A stretch of DNA of 64,000 nucleotides from Moorellales bacterium (GTDB taxonomy: Bacteria; Bacillota; DSM-521; Neomoorellales; SLTJ01), in contig JBNARC010000008.1 in NCBI GenBank assembly GCA_049719955.1, forward strand, positions 26,131 through 90,130. Reading direction: 5' to 3'. Shown here piece by piece: positions 28,908-43,894 of this stretch; positions within the stretch are counted from its first letter, which is position 1, and the number at the start of each line of letters is the position of its first letter. Under the pieces are notes generated by a model that was not told the origin of the DNA, made no database searches, and saw only the letters and a list, made by a program, of their open reading frames with translations. The position numbers and the translations under genes were made by a program.

Positions 28908-29390
28908 TTGGAGGGACCCGGATTGCAGGTAGCCCTGGGTAGTGATCATGCCGGCTTCGCTCTGAAAGAAGAAATCAAGGCTTATCTTCGGGAAGCCGGC
29001 ATAGGGTTTCACGACTTCGGCGCCTTCGGGCCGGAGGCAGTCGATTACCCCGACTTTGCCCTGGCGGTGGCCGAGGCGGTGGCCGCCGGTCGGTTCGCCC
29101 GGGGCATTTTGTGCTGCGGTACCGGCATCGGCGTGGCCATCGCCGCCAACAAGGTGCCGGGAGTGAGAGCGGCGCTATGCCACGATACCTTCTCCGCCCG
29201 GGCGAGCCGGGAGCATAACGACGCCAACGTTCTTACTCTGGGGGCGCGGGTCATCGGTCCGGGCCTGGCGCGAGAGATCGTTCGAACCTGGTTGGCCGCG
29301 GAGTTCGCCGGGGGCCGGCACCTCCGTCGGCTGGAGAAAATCCGGGCCATTGAGCAGAAATACGGTGCTGGTACCGGCGGGAGGAAGTAG
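28908..29390 (+). CDS. rpiB: ribose-5-phosphate isomerase B
   Basis: [30 protein letters not shown] 28923 is an alternative start. Confidence 0.9.
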   Translation: MEGPGLQVALGSDHAGFALKEEIKAYLREAGIGFHDFGAFGPEAVDYPDFALAVAEAVAAGRFARGILCCGTGIGVAIAANKVPGVRAALCHDTFSARASREHNDANVLTLGARVIGPGLAREIVRTWLAAEFAGGRHLRRLEKIRAIEQKYGAGTGGRK

Positions 29391-29392
29391 GA

Positions 29393-30658
29393 GTGGACGA
29401 TTGGCATGCGTTGGTAGAAACCGACCCGGAGGTCGCCGCCGCCATATTGGGGGAAGCCGAGCGACAGGCCAACCATCTGGAGCTCATTGCCTCGGAGAAT
29501 TTTGCCAGCCCGGCGGTCATGGCCGCTCAGGGATCCATTCTGACCAATAAGTACGCCGAAGGCTATCCCCGCCAGCGCTATTACGGCGGCTGCGAGTATA
29601 TGGACGTCATCGAGGATCTGGCGCGACGGCGGGCCTGCGAGCTGTTCGGGGCCGAGCACGCCAACGTTCAGCCCCACTCCGGCGCCCAGGCCAACATGGC
29701 CGTTTATTTCGCCGCCCTAAAGCCCGGGGACCGCATCCTGGGTATGGACCTGGCCCACGGCGGGCACCTCACCCACGGCAGTCGGGTCAATTTTTCCGGA
29801 CGCTGGTTCGAAGCGGTGAGCTACGGGGTACACCCGGAGACGGAGCAAATAGACTACGACCGGGTGGCCGCCATTGCCGAGCGGGAGCGCCCCCGGCTGA
29901 TCGTGGCCGGCGCCAGCAGTTACCCCCGGCAGCTTGATTTTGCCCGCTTTCGGGCCATTGCCGACGCGGTAGGCGCCTACTTATTGGTGGATATGGCCCA
30001 TATTGCCGGCCTGGTAGCCGCAGGCCTACACCCCAGCCCGGTGCCCCACGCCCATTATGTCAGCAGCACCACCCACAAGACCTTACGCGGCCCGCGTGGG
30101 GGCTTTGTCCTGTGCCAGGAGAAGTTCGGTCCGGCGGTGGACAAGGCCGTCTTTCCCGGCCTGCAGGGCGGTCCACTGATGCACGTTATCGCCGCCAAGG
30201 CAGTGGCCTTCAAAGAGGCAGGCACCGCCGCCTTCCGCGAGTACCAGCGGCAGGTAGTGGCGAACGCCCGGGTGCTGGCCAAAGCCCTCAGCGAGCGCGG
30301 CTTCCGCCTGGTAGCCGGAGGAACCGACAATCACATGCTGTTGGTAGATTTGCGGGACAAGGGGTTGACCGGACGGGAGGCCGAGGCCATACTGGACTCC
30401 GTGGGGATTACGGTTAACAAGAACGCCATACCCTTTGACCCCCAAAAGCCTTCGGTGACCAGCGGTATCCGTCTGGGTACGCCGGCGGTCACCACCCGGG
30501 GTATGGGGCCCAAGGAGATGGAACAGATCGCAGACCTGATCAGCGAAGCCCTGCTGGCCGCCGGAGAGCAGCGCAAGCTGGAACGGATCCGCACCAAGGT
30601 GCAGGAACTCTGCCGCGCTTTTCCTCTCTACCCGGAGTGGCTGGCGCGGCGGGCGTAG
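29393..30658 (+). CDS. glyA: serine hydroxymethyltransferase
   Basis: LIASENF and PLP-lysine motif [15 protein letters not shown]. Confidence 0.95.
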   Translation: MDDWHALVETDPEVAAAILGEAERQANHLELIASENFASPAVMAAQGSILTNKYAEGYPRQRYYGGCEYMDVIEDLARRRACELFGAEHANVQPHSGAQANMAVYFAALKPGDRILGMDLAHGGHLTHGSRVNFSGRWFEAVSYGVHPETEQIDYDRVAAIAERERPRLIVAGASSYPRQLDFARFRAIADAVGAYLLVDMAHIAGLVAAGLHPSPVPHAHYVSSTTHKTLRGPRGGFVLCQEKFGPAVDKAVFPGLQGGPLMHVIAAKAVAFKEAGTAAFREYQRQVVANARVLAKALSERGFRLVAGGTDNHMLLVDLRDKGLTGREAEAILDSVGITVNKNAIPFDPQKPSVTSGIRLGTPAVTTRGMGPKEMEQIADLISEALLAAGEQRKLERIRTKVQELCRAFPLYPEWLARRA

Positions 30659-30678
30659 GCTCCAAGGAGGGCGGGGGT

Positions 30679-31131
30679 TTGCGGCCGGATTGGGACGAGT
30701 ACTTTTTGCGCATCTGCCGGGTGGTGGCCGAGCGCTCTACCTGTCTGCGGCGGCGGGTGGGAGCCATTCTGGTTCGGGACGGGCGAATCCTGGCTACCGG
30801 GTACAACGGTGCTCCAACCGGGCTTCCCCACTGCGATCAAACCGGGTGTCTGCGGGAGCAATTGGGAGTGCCTCCGGGGGAGCGGCACGAGCTCTGCCGG
30901 GGGCTCCATGCCGAGCAGAACGCCATCATTCAGGCCGCCCTACACGGCGTGAGCACCCAGGGGGCGGTACTTTATGTGAGCTGCCACCCGTGCACGGTAT
31001 GTGCCAAGATGTTGGTAAATGCCGGTATTGCCAAAGTGGTGGTAGAGGAAGGCTACCCGGACCCTCTGGCGGCGGAGATTCTTCGGGAGGCGAAGATCGA
31101 GGTGACTCGTTTTCGCGGTGAGGGCGGATGA
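30679..31131 (+). CDS. comEB: dCMP deaminase (ComEB-like)
   Basis: ORF 30637..31131. TTG 30679 preferred (AAGGAGGG upstream; N-terminus RPDWDEYF). Zinc motifs HAEQNAI and PCTVCAKML. Confidence 0.85.
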   Translation: MRPDWDEYFLRICRVVAERSTCLRRRVGAILVRDGRILATGYNGAPTGLPHCDQTGCLREQLGVPPGERHELCRGLHAEQNAIIQAALHGVSTQGAVLYVSCHPCTVCAKMLVNAGIAKVVVEEGYPDPLAAEILREAKIEVTRFRGEGG

Positions 31132-32342
31132 ATTCCGCCGGCGCCCGGCGGCCGGTGCTGGTATGCGTGTTCGGAACCCGGCCGGAAGCCATCAAGATGG
31201 CGCCGGTGGTGCGGGAGCTTTCCCGCCGCTCCTCCCCTTTTGACTGCCGGGTAGTGGTTACCGCCCAGCACCGGGAAATGCTGGACCAGGTATTGGAGTT
31301 ATTCGGGATCCTTCCGGATTTCGACCTGGATCTTATGCAAGAGGGCCAAACCCTGACCGACATAACCGTGCGGGCCTTGAGGGGGCTAGAGGAGGTATAC
31401 GCCCGGGTCCGGCCGGATCTGGTGCTGGTGCACGGCGACACTACTACAACCTTTGCCGGCGCGCTGGCCGCCTTTTACCGGCAGATCCCGATCGGGCACG
31501 TAGAGGCGGGCCTGCGCACGCGCAATAAGTACGCTCCCTTTCCCGAGGAAATGAACCGCCACCTTACCGGGGTATTGACCGATCTTCACTTTGCCCCCAC
31601 CGCCACCGCGGCGGACAACCTCCGGCGAGAGGGAGTGAGTGAAGACCGGATCTTCATCACCGGTAATACGGTGATCGACGCACTCTTGAGCACCGTGCGT
31701 TCCGACTACCGCTTTAGCGATACCCGGTTGGCGGGGATAGACTATCGGCAACGCGTTATCCTCCTGACCGCCCACCGGCGCGAGAACTGGGGTGCGCCCA
31801 TGGAGCGCATATTCCGGGCCCTTAGGCGGGTGGTGGAGCGCCACCCCGACGTGCTGGTGGTCTACCCGGTACACAAGAATCCCGAGATCCGGCGGCTGGT
31901 GGCCAGGGAACTTGCCGGGTTGGCGCGGGTGGTTACCTGCGAGCCCCTGGACTACGCCTCCCTGGTGAACCTTATGGCCCGGGTCTACCTGGTGCTTACG
32001 GATTCCGGGGGGCTGCAGGAAGAGGCGCCGGCATTGGGGAAGCCGGTCCTGGTACTGCGGGAGACCACCGAGCGGCCGGAGGCGCTGGCGGCGGGAACGG
32101 CGCGATTAGTAGGTACGGCGGAGGACAAAATAGTTGAGGAACTGGAACGGTTGCTTACGGATCAGGAGGCCTATCACCGGATGGCCACGGCGATAAACCC
32201 TTACGGCGACGGCCGGGCGGCCGGGCGCATCCGGCAGGCCCTGGAGTACTACTTCGGGTTGCGGCAACGCCGACCGCGGGCCTTTTCTCCGGCCTTTGCT
32301 CATAAAAAAGTAGCGGGTCGGAAGGATTCTGTTAGTTGGTGA
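31128..32342 (+). CDS. wecB: UDP-N-acetylglucosamine 2-epimerase (non-hydrolysing)
   Basis: [40 protein letters not shown]. Confidence 0.9.
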   Translation: MNSAGARRPVLVCVFGTRPEAIKMAPVVRELSRRSSPFDCRVVVTAQHREMLDQVLELFGILPDFDLDLMQEGQTLTDITVRALRGLEEVYARVRPDLVLVHGDTTTTFAGALAAFYRQIPIGHVEAGLRTRNKYAPFPEEMNRHLTGVLTDLHFAPTATAADNLRREGVSEDRIFITGNTVIDALLSTVRSDYRFSDTRLAGIDYRQRVILLTAHRRENWGAPMERIFRALRRVVERHPDVLVVYPVHKNPEIRRLVARELAGLARVVTCEPLDYASLVNLMARVYLVLTDSGGLQEEAPALGKPVLVLRETTERPEALAAGTARLVGTAEDKIVEELERLLTDQEAYHRMATAINPYGDGRAAGRIRQALEYYFGLRQRRPRAFSPAFAHKKVAGRKDSVSW

Positions 32343-32415
32343 AGAAAATAGCTAAACGGTGTGGCGGGGTTAGGAAACCCGGGTTGGGGCCGGAACGGTT
32401 CGTCGGGTTGGGACG

Positions 32416-32706
32416 GTGAGGATGCAAGACCGTCGGCAGTCCTGGGAGGCATGGGTTAGGTACGCTAACGTGGCCTTTTCCTTCGGGACCACGATGGCAG
32501 TTTCCTTGCTGCTAGGCTTTTTCGGCGGCCGGTGGCTGGACCGGCGCCTGGGAACCGAGCCGGCGTTCATGGTGGTGGGGGTACTGCTGGGAGCCGCGCT
32601 GGCCTTTAAGAACCTGTTCGACGAACTGGGGATATTTGGCCCCAAGGAAGGCGGAGCCAACAAAGAAGGCAGAACCAATAATGGAGGAAACCAAGACACC
32701 AACTAG
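32416..32706 (+). CDS. AtpZ/AtpI-family small membrane protein preceding the ATP synthase operon
   Basis: 96 aa with two TM helices (FSFGTTMAVSLLLGFFGGRWLD..., FMVVGVLLGAALAF). Position upstream of atpI-atpB. Confidence 0.6.
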   Translation: MRMQDRRQSWEAWVRYANVAFSFGTTMAVSLLLGFFGGRWLDRRLGTEPAFMVVGVLLGAALAFKNLFDELGIFGPKEGGANKEGRTNNGGNQDTN

Positions 32707-33094
32707 TACCGAATCAACACCGGCGGACGGGCGACGGATTTTTTCCTGGAAGAAGTTCGGCTATATGCTGGCCATAGGCATGGGCCTAGGGGTGGGGGCC
32801 CGGTTGTTGGGGTACGGCTACATCGGTAGCGGTATCCTGTGGGGCTTGCCCTTAGGCCTGTTTAATTATTACCTGGCCTGCCGGGCGGTGGGTTTTCTGG
32901 GTACCGAAGGGGGTGCGCGGCGCTTTGGCGCCACGGTAGCCCTGCGTTGGACCCTGGCAATAATAGCCCTGGTGCTGGCCTTCCGGGTGGACGTCTGGTT
33001 CCTGCTCGGGGTGGCCGTGGGAGTGGAGGTGCAGATGCTGGCGCAATTAGGAGAAGCGGTCGCGGTCTTGTCGGGTTTGAAACGAGGGGCTTAA
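32681..33094 (+). CDS. atpI: ATP synthase protein I
   Basis: ORF 32636..33094; ATG 32681 preferred. Four hydrophobic helices. Directly upstream of atpB. Confidence 0.6.
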   Translation: MEETKTPTSTESTPADGRRIFSWKKFGYMLAIGMGLGVGARLLGYGYIGSGILWGLPLGLFNYYLACRAVGFLGTEGGARRFGATVALRWTLAIIALVLAFRVDVWFLLGVAVGVEVQMLAQLGEAVAVLSGLKRGA

Positions 33095-33120
33095 GGTCCG
33101 GTTTGGAGGAGGGGAGATAA

Positions 33121-33810
33121 GTGGGCGGCGGAATGTCGCAGCTTTCCACGGTGATGGAGCACCTTAAACCGCATGTGGTGTTCTATCTGGGATCGGTGCC
33201 GGTTACCACCACCGTGGTCACCACCTGGGTTATCATGGGTTTAATCGTACTTATCGGTCTGCTCACCACCCGACGGATGCAGTTCGTTCCTCGGGGATGG
33301 CAGCATTTGCCGGAAATGGTGGTGGAGTTTATCCATAACTATCTGGAGAGCTTCATGGGGCGCAGAGGCCGCAAGTACTTTCCGCTGGTGGGCACTCTGT
33401 TTATCCTTATTCTCTTCCTTAACCTCTCCTGGCTTATCCCGGGGGTAAAACCCCCGACCATGGACCTCAGCACCACCTTGGCCTTCGCGGTCACCACCAT
33501 TCTGGCGGTACAGCTTCTGAGTATCAAGGAGGTAGGTCTCAAACGCTATCTGCACACCTACGTCTCCCACGGGATTCTTTTGACACCGCTAAACATCATC
33601 GAAGAGTTGGTTAAGATCGTATCCCTGTCCTTACGTCTTTTCGGCAACATGTTCGCCGAGGATACGATCGTTTTAATACTGTTTATACTGATCCCCCTGG
33701 TAGTACCGGCAGTGATGCAGTTACTGGGGGTGCTGTTCGGGTTTATTCAGGCCTTTATCTTCACCGTTCTTACCATGAGTTACCTGGCCACCCGCACCTC
33801 CGAGCACTAG
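33121..33810 (+). CDS. atpB: F0F1 ATP synthase subunit a
   Basis: Essential Arg context LSLRLFGNMFAED. Confidence 0.9.
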   Translation: MGGGMSQLSTVMEHLKPHVVFYLGSVPVTTTVVTTWVIMGLIVLIGLLTTRRMQFVPRGWQHLPEMVVEFIHNYLESFMGRRGRKYFPLVGTLFILILFLNLSWLIPGVKPPTMDLSTTLAFAVTTILAVQLLSIKEVGLKRYLHTYVSHGILLTPLNIIEELVKIVSLSLRLFGNMFAEDTIVLILFILIPLVVPAVMQLLGVLFGFIQAFIFTVLTMSYLATRTSEH

Positions 33811-33909
33811 GGTGGCAACTGACGGCGGGGACAAACCCTCGTCTCCCGGGACCGGTGGCGAGCGGTTTTGCCGAGCTTAACGTAGCCCGAAAGGAGGGAA
33901 AGGACTAGT

Positions 33910-34137
33910 ATGGACGGTCTAGCTTTTGTAGGCGCGGGTCTCGCTATAAGTCTGGCCGCTATGGGCTCGGGCCTCGGCCAAGGCTTGGCCTCTAGGGGGG
34001 CCATGGAAGGCATTGCCCGGCAGCCTGAGGCGGCCGGCGAAATCCGCACCACCCTCTTGTTGGCCCTGGCCTTCATGGAGGCGCTGACGCTGTTTTCCTT
34101 CGTTATTGCCATCCTACTGTGGACCAAGATCGCCTAA
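33910..34137 (+). CDS. atpE: F0F1 ATP synthase subunit c
   Basis: 75-aa hairpin protein. GIARQPEA loop and carboxylate helix AFMEALT. Confidence 0.95.
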   Translation: MDGLAFVGAGLAISLAAMGSGLGQGLASRGAMEGIARQPEAAGEIRTTLLLALAFMEALTLFSFVIAILLWTKIA

Positions 34138-34248
34138 GTGCCTTCCGGGGGCCGTCCACCGGGCCCGCACCAAGCTTTTGGGTGCGCCGGTGGGCGGCCG
34201 CCGGGGAGTGGGTTTGGCCCAAAGGGGGTTCCAGCGGTGGAAGCTATC

Positions 34249-34739
34249 ATGGGGGCGCTAAACTTTAGCCCCTGGACCTTTCTATTCCAGGTGATCAATC
34301 TTCTCCTGGTTGTATTGATAGTATACCGCATCCTGTACAAGCCGGTTACCCAAATGGTGGCGGCGCGTGAGCAGCGGATACAGAACGCCCTGGACGGCGC
34401 CGCCAAGGCTCAGGCCGAGGCGGAGGCCACCCTGGCCCAGTACCGGTCGCAACTGGAGAGCGCCCGTCAGGAAGCCCAGGAAATGGTGGGAAGGGCGGCC
34501 AAGATGGCGGAAGAGATCCGCGAGGAGGCGGTCCGTAACGCCCGCCTGGAAGCCGAGAAGATTCTAACCCGGGCGCGGGAAGAGATTCGGGCGGAAACGG
34601 CCCGGGCGGTGGCGGAGCTGCACGAGCAGGCGGCCACGCTGGCGGTGCTGGCGGCCGGTCGGGTGCTGGGGCGGGAATTGCGGCCTGAGGACCACGAGCG
34701 GCTGGTACGTGACTTCATTCGGGAAGTGGGCGAGTTGCA

Positions 34740-34743
<4 letters not shown>
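34249..34743 (+). CDS. atpF: F0F1 ATP synthase subunit b
   Basis: ORF 34138..34743. ATG 34249 preferred because the upstream 37 codons are Gly/Pro-rich. One N-terminal TM segment, then a long charged helix. Confidence 0.85.
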
Positions 34744-36826
<2,083 letters not shown>

Positions 36827-36849
36827 ATCGGCCCGGGGAGGAATGGGTT

Positions 36850-39157
<2,308 letters not shown>

Positions 39158-39175
39158 GCCGGGGAGGCGGCACTG

Positions 39176-39589
39176 GTGTCGGCCAAGCAGATTAGCTTTC
39201 AGGTAATCACCCCGGAGCGGGTGGTACTCAAGGAAGAAGTAGAGGCGCTGATGGTGCCCGGGGCGGAGGGGTATCTCGGCATATTGCCGGGGCATATCCC
39301 CATTGTTACCGGCCTGGTCCCGGGAGTGGTGCGCTACCGCCAGGGCGGCCGCACGGGACGCCTGGCGGTGAGCGGCGGCTTTATGGAAGTAGCCGATAAC
39401 CGGGCCCTTATCCTGGCGGATGCGGCCGAGCGGGCGGAGGAGATCGACGTGGCCCGGGCCCAGAGGGCCAAGGAGAGGGCGCTGAAGCGGCTAAAGGAGC
39501 GGCCGCCGGGACTGGACGTGGCGCGGGCGGAGCTGGCTCTGCGGCGGGCCCTGGCCCGAATAAAGGCCGCCCAAGAGGGGCAAAATTAG
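39176..39589 (+). CDS. atpC: F0F1 ATP synthase subunit epsilon
   Basis: 137 aa. FQVITPERVV N-terminal beta-sandwich and a helical C-terminus. Confidence 0.9.
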   Translation: MSAKQISFQVITPERVVLKEEVEALMVPGAEGYLGILPGHIPIVTGLVPGVVRYRQGGRTGRLAVSGGFMEVADNRALILADAAERAEEIDVARAQRAKERALKRLKERPPGLDVARAELALRRALARIKAAQEGQN

Positions 39590-39595
39590 TGCCAG

Positions 39596-40300
39596 GTGAT
39601 GGCGCTCAGGGAAAGATTTAGAAATTGGGGGGCGCCGGCCCTACTTGCCGGCGCCCTGATACTTTTAGCCGCCTCTCCTCCGGGAAAGGCGAAAGGCCCG
39701 ACGGGCGACGAGCTGGTATGGTGGGCGCTGGAGCAAGTCGGGGCCCGACCCCAGGCGGCGGCACTGGAAGCCCAGCTCCTTTTGCCGGCAGGGGAAGGCC
39801 GCGAGGCGTTAACGGCCGTGGCCGAGCGGCTGGGGCGGGGTGAGGAAAGCTCGCAGCCGGAGGGGGAAGGCGATTCCGCCGGGCGGTGGCGCGTGTGTTT
39901 GCGCTCGCTCCCGGAGTGGGCGGGTAGCCGTTCGTCGGCCCTGCTGGTGGTGCAGTGGCACCGGCAAGGCCGCTCGCTCATACCCCCGTGGCCGGAGGAC
40001 TGGCGGGGGCACGAGGCCCGGGTTTACCGCCTCTACCGGGCCCGCCTGCCGGGAACCCCTCCGACCCCGATCTTGAACCTTAAGGCCCGGCGTATGGCGG
40101 CCCTACTGGGCGGTAAGGTACGGGAAGGCACGCGCCAACCGGGAATGGTTACCCTGAGCGGTTATAGCCCGCTCCTGGGACCCGGCCGCCGGCCGCCGGG
40201 GGGCGGAGCGCTGAATTTCCAACTGGCCTTGAGGGCCAGCCGCGAGCAGAATTGTACCTGGGTGGTCGTAGGGCTACCCCTGATCCCTGGCAGCTTCTAG
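39596..40300 (+). CDS. hypothetical secreted/lipoprotein-like protein in the position of B. subtilis ywmB
   Basis: 234-aa ORF with an N-terminal signal-like segment (APALLAGALILLAASPPG). Placement between atpC and murA is the only functional hint. Confidence 0.4.
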   Translation: MMALRERFRNWGAPALLAGALILLAASPPGKAKGPTGDELVWWALEQVGARPQAAALEAQLLLPAGEGREALTAVAERLGRGEESSQPEGEGDSAGRWRVCLRSLPEWAGSRSSALLVVQWHRQGRSLIPPWPEDWRGHEARVYRLYRARLPGTPPTPILNLKARRMAALLGGKVREGTRQPGMVTLSGYSPLLGPGRRPPGGGALNFQLALRASREQNCTWVVVGLPLIPGSF

Positions 40301-40398
40301 GCGGCCTTCTACCATTTGCCGTCCCTGAGGCGGCAGGAAATCGGTTCGGGCCGGCGAAACCAATCTTGGACCGCTCCCGGAAAGAAAGGGGTGGGGAT

Positions 40399-41679
40399 TT
40401 GGACAGCCTGAGGATTAGCGGGGGCCGTCCCCTCAGCGGCACGGTGCGAATTAGCGGCGCCAAAAACGCGGTACTGCCGATCATGGCGGCCAGCCTGCTT
40501 ACCGACCAGACCTGTCACCTGCAGGAAGTACCCCGGCTCCTAGACGTGGTTACCAGTTTTTACTTGCTCCGCAGCCTGGGCGCGGAGATCAACTGGAACG
40601 GTCGGGAGATGATACTACGCACTCCGCATCTGGCGGGAGTGGAGGCGCCTTACGAATTCGTGCGCCGGATGCGGGCCTCGTTCTTGGTCTTCGGCCCGCT
40701 CCTCGCCCGCGCCGGCCGGGCGAAGGTAGCCCTGCCCGGCGGTTGCGCCATCGGCACCCGACCGGTGGACCAGCATCTTAAGGGGTTTGCCGCCCTGGGC
40801 GCCAGCATAGAGGTGAGCCACGGGGTGGTGCGGGCCAAGGCCCGGCGCCTGGAGGGCGCGCGCATCTACCTTGACGTGCCTAGCGTGGGGGCAACCGAAA
40901 ACTTGATGATGGCCGCCACCTTAGCCCGCGGTACCACCGTCATCGAAAACGCCGCCTGCGAGCCCGAAGTGGTAGACTTGGCTAATTTTTTGAACGCTAT
41001 GGGCGCGCGCGTGAGCGGAGCCGGCACGCGCAGTATCCGCATAGAGGGAGTAAAAAGCCTCAAAGGGGCCAGGCATACCGTAATCCCCGACCGTATCGAG
41101 GCCGGAACCTACATGGCCGCCGTATTGGCCGCCGGAGGCCGGGCGCGGCTGGAAAATGTCATCGGAAGCCACCTGACCGCGGTGTTGGCCAAGTTCCGGG
41201 AAATGGGAGCCACCGTTACCGATCTGGGGGGAACGGTGGTGGTGGAGCGAGACCCGGAGCGGCCGCTTGCGGCTGCCGACATCCGGGCCCTACCGTATCC
41301 CGGATTTCCGACCGATCTGCAGCCGCAAGTGGCGGCGGTGCTCACCCTGGCCCGGGGAATGAGCGTGGTGACGGACATGGTCTTCGACAGCCGGTTTACC
41401 TACGTAGAGGAACTGCGACGCCTGGGGGCGGAAATCCGGGTGGAGGGGCGCAGTGCGGTCATTCACGGGCCGGCTATTTTAAGCGGGGCCCAGGTACGGG
41501 CGCACGACCTGCGGGCCGGTGCGGCGCTGGTAGTAGCCGCTTTGGCGGCCAGCGGCGAAACCGAGATCAGCGGCGTGGAACATCTGGAGCGGGGCTACGA
41601 AAACCTGGGCGGCAAGCTGGCCGATTTGGGAGTTCGGGTGGGCAGCCCGATTTCCCTAAGGAGCGAGGCTCTGGTCTAG
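40399..41679 (+). CDS. murA: UDP-N-acetylglucosamine 1-carboxyvinyltransferase
   Basis: ORF 40252..41679. TTG 40399 preferred (N-terminus LDSLRISGGRPLSG). RISGAKNAVLPIMAASLL and active-site Cys in LPGGCAIGTRPVDQHL. Confidence 0.92.
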   Translation: MDSLRISGGRPLSGTVRISGAKNAVLPIMAASLLTDQTCHLQEVPRLLDVVTSFYLLRSLGAEINWNGREMILRTPHLAGVEAPYEFVRRMRASFLVFGPLLARAGRAKVALPGGCAIGTRPVDQHLKGFAALGASIEVSHGVVRAKARRLEGARIYLDVPSVGATENLMMAATLARGTTVIENAACEPEVVDLANFLNAMGARVSGAGTRSIRIEGVKSLKGARHTVIPDRIEAGTYMAAVLAAGGRARLENVIGSHLTAVLAKFREMGATVTDLGGTVVVERDPERPLAAADIRALPYPGFPTDLQPQVAAVLTLARGMSVVTDMVFDSRFTYVEELRRLGAEIRVEGRSAVIHGPAILSGAQVRAHDLRAGAALVVAALAASGETEISGVEHLERGYENLGGKLADLGVRVGSPISLRSEALV

Positions 41680-41681
41680 GA

Positions 41682-41720
41682 TCCTTGTCCCGGGCATAAA
41701 TTAGAGCGGAGGGACAAGGA
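41682..41720 (+). promoter_or_regulatory. 10-bp stem that sequesters the spoIID RBS and start codon
   Basis: TCCTTGTCCC (41682..41691) pairs with GGGACAAGGA (41711..41720). The 3' arm contains the GGAGGGA RBS and the A of the ATG. 19-nt loop. Confidence 0.4.
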
Positions 41721-42685
41721 TGCCGAGGTTTCTTTGGGGGTGGCTGGCGCTACTCCTGGCGGGGGTCATATTGCTACCCCTGCTGGTAGTCACCCTTCTG
41801 TCCGGTCCGAGACTACCCCAGATTACCACCGATAGGGCCGTCCGGCTCTACCTCCCCGCTACCGGCTCTCTAGAGGTTCTTCCCTTGGAGGAATACGTGC
41901 GCGGGGTGGTGGCGGCGGAGATGCCGGCCCGGTTCGCCCCGGAAGCCCTTAAGGCCCAGGCGGTGGCCGCCCGCACCTACGCGGTGAGGCGCCTGGTACA
42001 GAGTCGACAGGGCGCGGGCACGCACCCGGAGGCCGACGTCTGCAATGACCCCAAACATTGCCAGGGCTGGCTGAGCGAGGCAGAGATGCGGCAGCGCTGG
42101 GGCTGGCTGGGCTACTGGTTCTTCCGTCGCAAGGTTACCGGGGCGGTACTCGCCACCCGGGGATTGGTGCTTACCTATCAAGGGGAACTGATCGATCCGG
42201 TATATCATTCCGCCAGCGGCGGTCGGACCGAAGATCCCCGGGAAATCTGGGGCCGCTCGGTCCCCTACCTGCGCAGTCAGCCTTCTCCCTGGGAAGAGGA
42301 GTCGCCCTATAACGAAGTCGTCACCGTGCTATCGGCGGCCGAGGTGCGCCGCCGGTTGGGTCTGGCCGCTACCTCCGGCGCCGATCTTTCTCTGCGGGTG
42401 GCCTCCTACACCGCCAGCGGTCGGATTAAGACCGTAGTGGCCGCTGGTCGCCTCTTCACCGGTCCGGAGTTCCGGCAGTTACTGGGTCTAAACTCCACCT
42501 GGTTTCGCTGGGAAAAGAAGGGACAGGATTTTGTTTTCTACAGCCGGGGCTACGGACACGGCGTAGGCATGTCCCAATACGGAGCCCAAGGATTGGCCCG
42601 GCGGGGAAAATCCTTTCGAGAGATCTTGGCCTACTATTATCCCGGAACCCGCCTGGTTTCCCTCAGCGAACTAAGACTTCCTTAG
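41720..42685 (+). CDS. spoIID: stage II sporulation protein D (lytic transglycosylase)
   Basis: N-terminal TM segment. SASGGRTED and YGHGVGMSQYGA. Confidence 0.9.
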   Translation: MPRFLWGWLALLLAGVILLPLLVVTLLSGPRLPQITTDRAVRLYLPATGSLEVLPLEEYVRGVVAAEMPARFAPEALKAQAVAARTYAVRRLVQSRQGAGTHPEADVCNDPKHCQGWLSEAEMRQRWGWLGYWFFRRKVTGAVLATRGLVLTYQGELIDPVYHSASGGRTEDPREIWGRSVPYLRSQPSPWEEESPYNEVVTVLSAAEVRRRLGLAATSGADLSLRVASYTASGRIKTVVAAGRLFTGPEFRQLLGLNSTWFRWEKKGQDFVFYSRGYGHGVGMSQYGAQGLARRGKSFREILAYYYPGTRLVSLSELRLP

Positions 42686-42768
42686 AGGCTTGCCGTTAAC
42701 CCGGCACTTGTTGGGTAGCCTCGGTTATAGCGACCAATAATTGGTAAGAATATAACCGAGGTGATCCT

Positions 42769-43518
42769 ATGTTATCCTGGTTCAAGTTATGGAGTTGGCG
42801 CCCCCGGTTACCATTCAGGCAGTGGGGATGGCAGCGGATTGCTGCCGCCGTACTTCTGGTAGGGGTGGGCCTGGGAACAAGCTGGCTTTTGGTCCACGGA
42901 CAACGCCCGGGGCCCAGGGTGATTATTGAGCCCGACCTGCCGGTGATGCAGCTTGCCGAGCCGCAGGTAACGGAAAAGCCGGCCGGGTCGGCCACGGCGC
43001 CGGAGACGGGCCCGGTGGTCAAGACCGAAGGGGAGGGCCTCACCCCCACCCGGACAGAACCAACGTCCGCTCAGGCCGAATCCGGGTACGGGATTACGGG
43101 GGTAGCGGCGCCGGCTTCGTTCTCGCGGTTACGCTGGCCCGTTGAGGGTAGAGTGGCCCGGGGATACGGCTACGGATTCGTTTCCACCTACCGCGACTAC
43201 CGCTTCCATTCCGGGATCGATCTGGCCGCCTCCTCAGGAACCCCGGTAATGGCCGCGGCGGACGGAGAGGTAAAGGAAACCGCCTACGACGCCGAACACC
43301 AGTGGCAGGTGGTGCTCAGTCACCATTCCGGTTGGGAAACCGTGTACCTGGAACTGGACCGCCTGGCCGACCTTACGCCGGGGAGCGAGGTTCGGGCGGG
43401 TTCGGTCCTGGGCTACCTCGGTACCCCCGGTACCGGAGCGGACACGCCGGTACCGCACCTGCACTTTGAGGTGCGCCGCCAGGGAGAGGCTTGTGACCCG
43501 CTGGAGTTTCTACGCTAA
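42769..43518 (+). CDS. M23/LytM family metallopeptidase (SpoIIQ-position protein)
   Basis: N-terminal TM segment. Intact metal ligands FHSGIDLAA and PHLHFEV. Confidence 0.85.
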   Translation: MLSWFKLWSWRPRLPFRQWGWQRIAAAVLLVGVGLGTSWLLVHGQRPGPRVIIEPDLPVMQLAEPQVTEKPAGSATAPETGPVVKTEGEGLTPTRTEPTSAQAESGYGITGVAAPASFSRLRWPVEGRVARGYGYGFVSTYRDYRFHSGIDLAASSGTPVMAAADGEVKETAYDAEHQWQVVLSHHSGWETVYLELDRLADLTPGSEVRAGSVLGYLGTPGTGADTPVPHLHFEVRRQGEACDPLEFLR

Positions 43519-43578
43519 GCGTAGGCTCCAACCAGGAGGGCGCCCCCGCCGCCCGCCGGGCCTCCTCAGTTTTCCTTA

Positions 43579-43776
43579 GGCGGTACCGGGTGCTCCCGTT
43601 CGTACCGTCACCTCGCCGTGGGCCTTCGCGCTACGGCGGGCTATCCTCGGAGGCGCCGTCCATGGCGCCCCTCGGCTTCGGCCATCCATAGCCTCGCGAG
43701 CGCCTGGCGCCGTCGGCCTCGCCAAGTTAGGTGCCCGGCGAGTTGCCAATGTACTCCGGGGAGACCCGGAACCGCC
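43579..43776 (-). repeat. structured TIR-bounded repeat, copy 1 (inverted relative to copies 2 and 3; about 14-bp internal deletion)
   Basis: Starts GGCGGTACCGGGTGCTCC and ends GGGGAGACCCGGAACCGCC. Its reverse complement aligns along its whole length with 47932..48144 and 56434..56645. Confidence 0.85.
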
Positions 43777-43804
43777 CTTCGATCAGGAGCCAGCGATAGC
43801 CCAA

Positions 43805-43840
43805 GCCGCCCTCGCCTTACGAAGGGCGGCTGGTCTTTTT
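43805..43840 (+). terminator. intrinsic terminator downstream of the M23 gene and repeat copy 1
   Basis: GCCGCCCT-N10-AGGGCGGC (8-bp stem) followed by tggtcTTTTT. Confidence 0.7.
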
Positions 43841-43894
43841 CCCGGGGCCCCTTCATATAAGTGAGTAGCGAGTTGAGTTGAAGGAGGCCCCCCA

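Noticed and set aside
34138-34248. 111-nt GC-rich spacer between atpE and atpF, which the ORF track reads as an N-terminal extension of atpF
   Set aside because: The Gly/Pro-rich translation is not part of subunit b. I saw no repeat or conserved structure, so it is treated as an ordinary intercistronic spacer.
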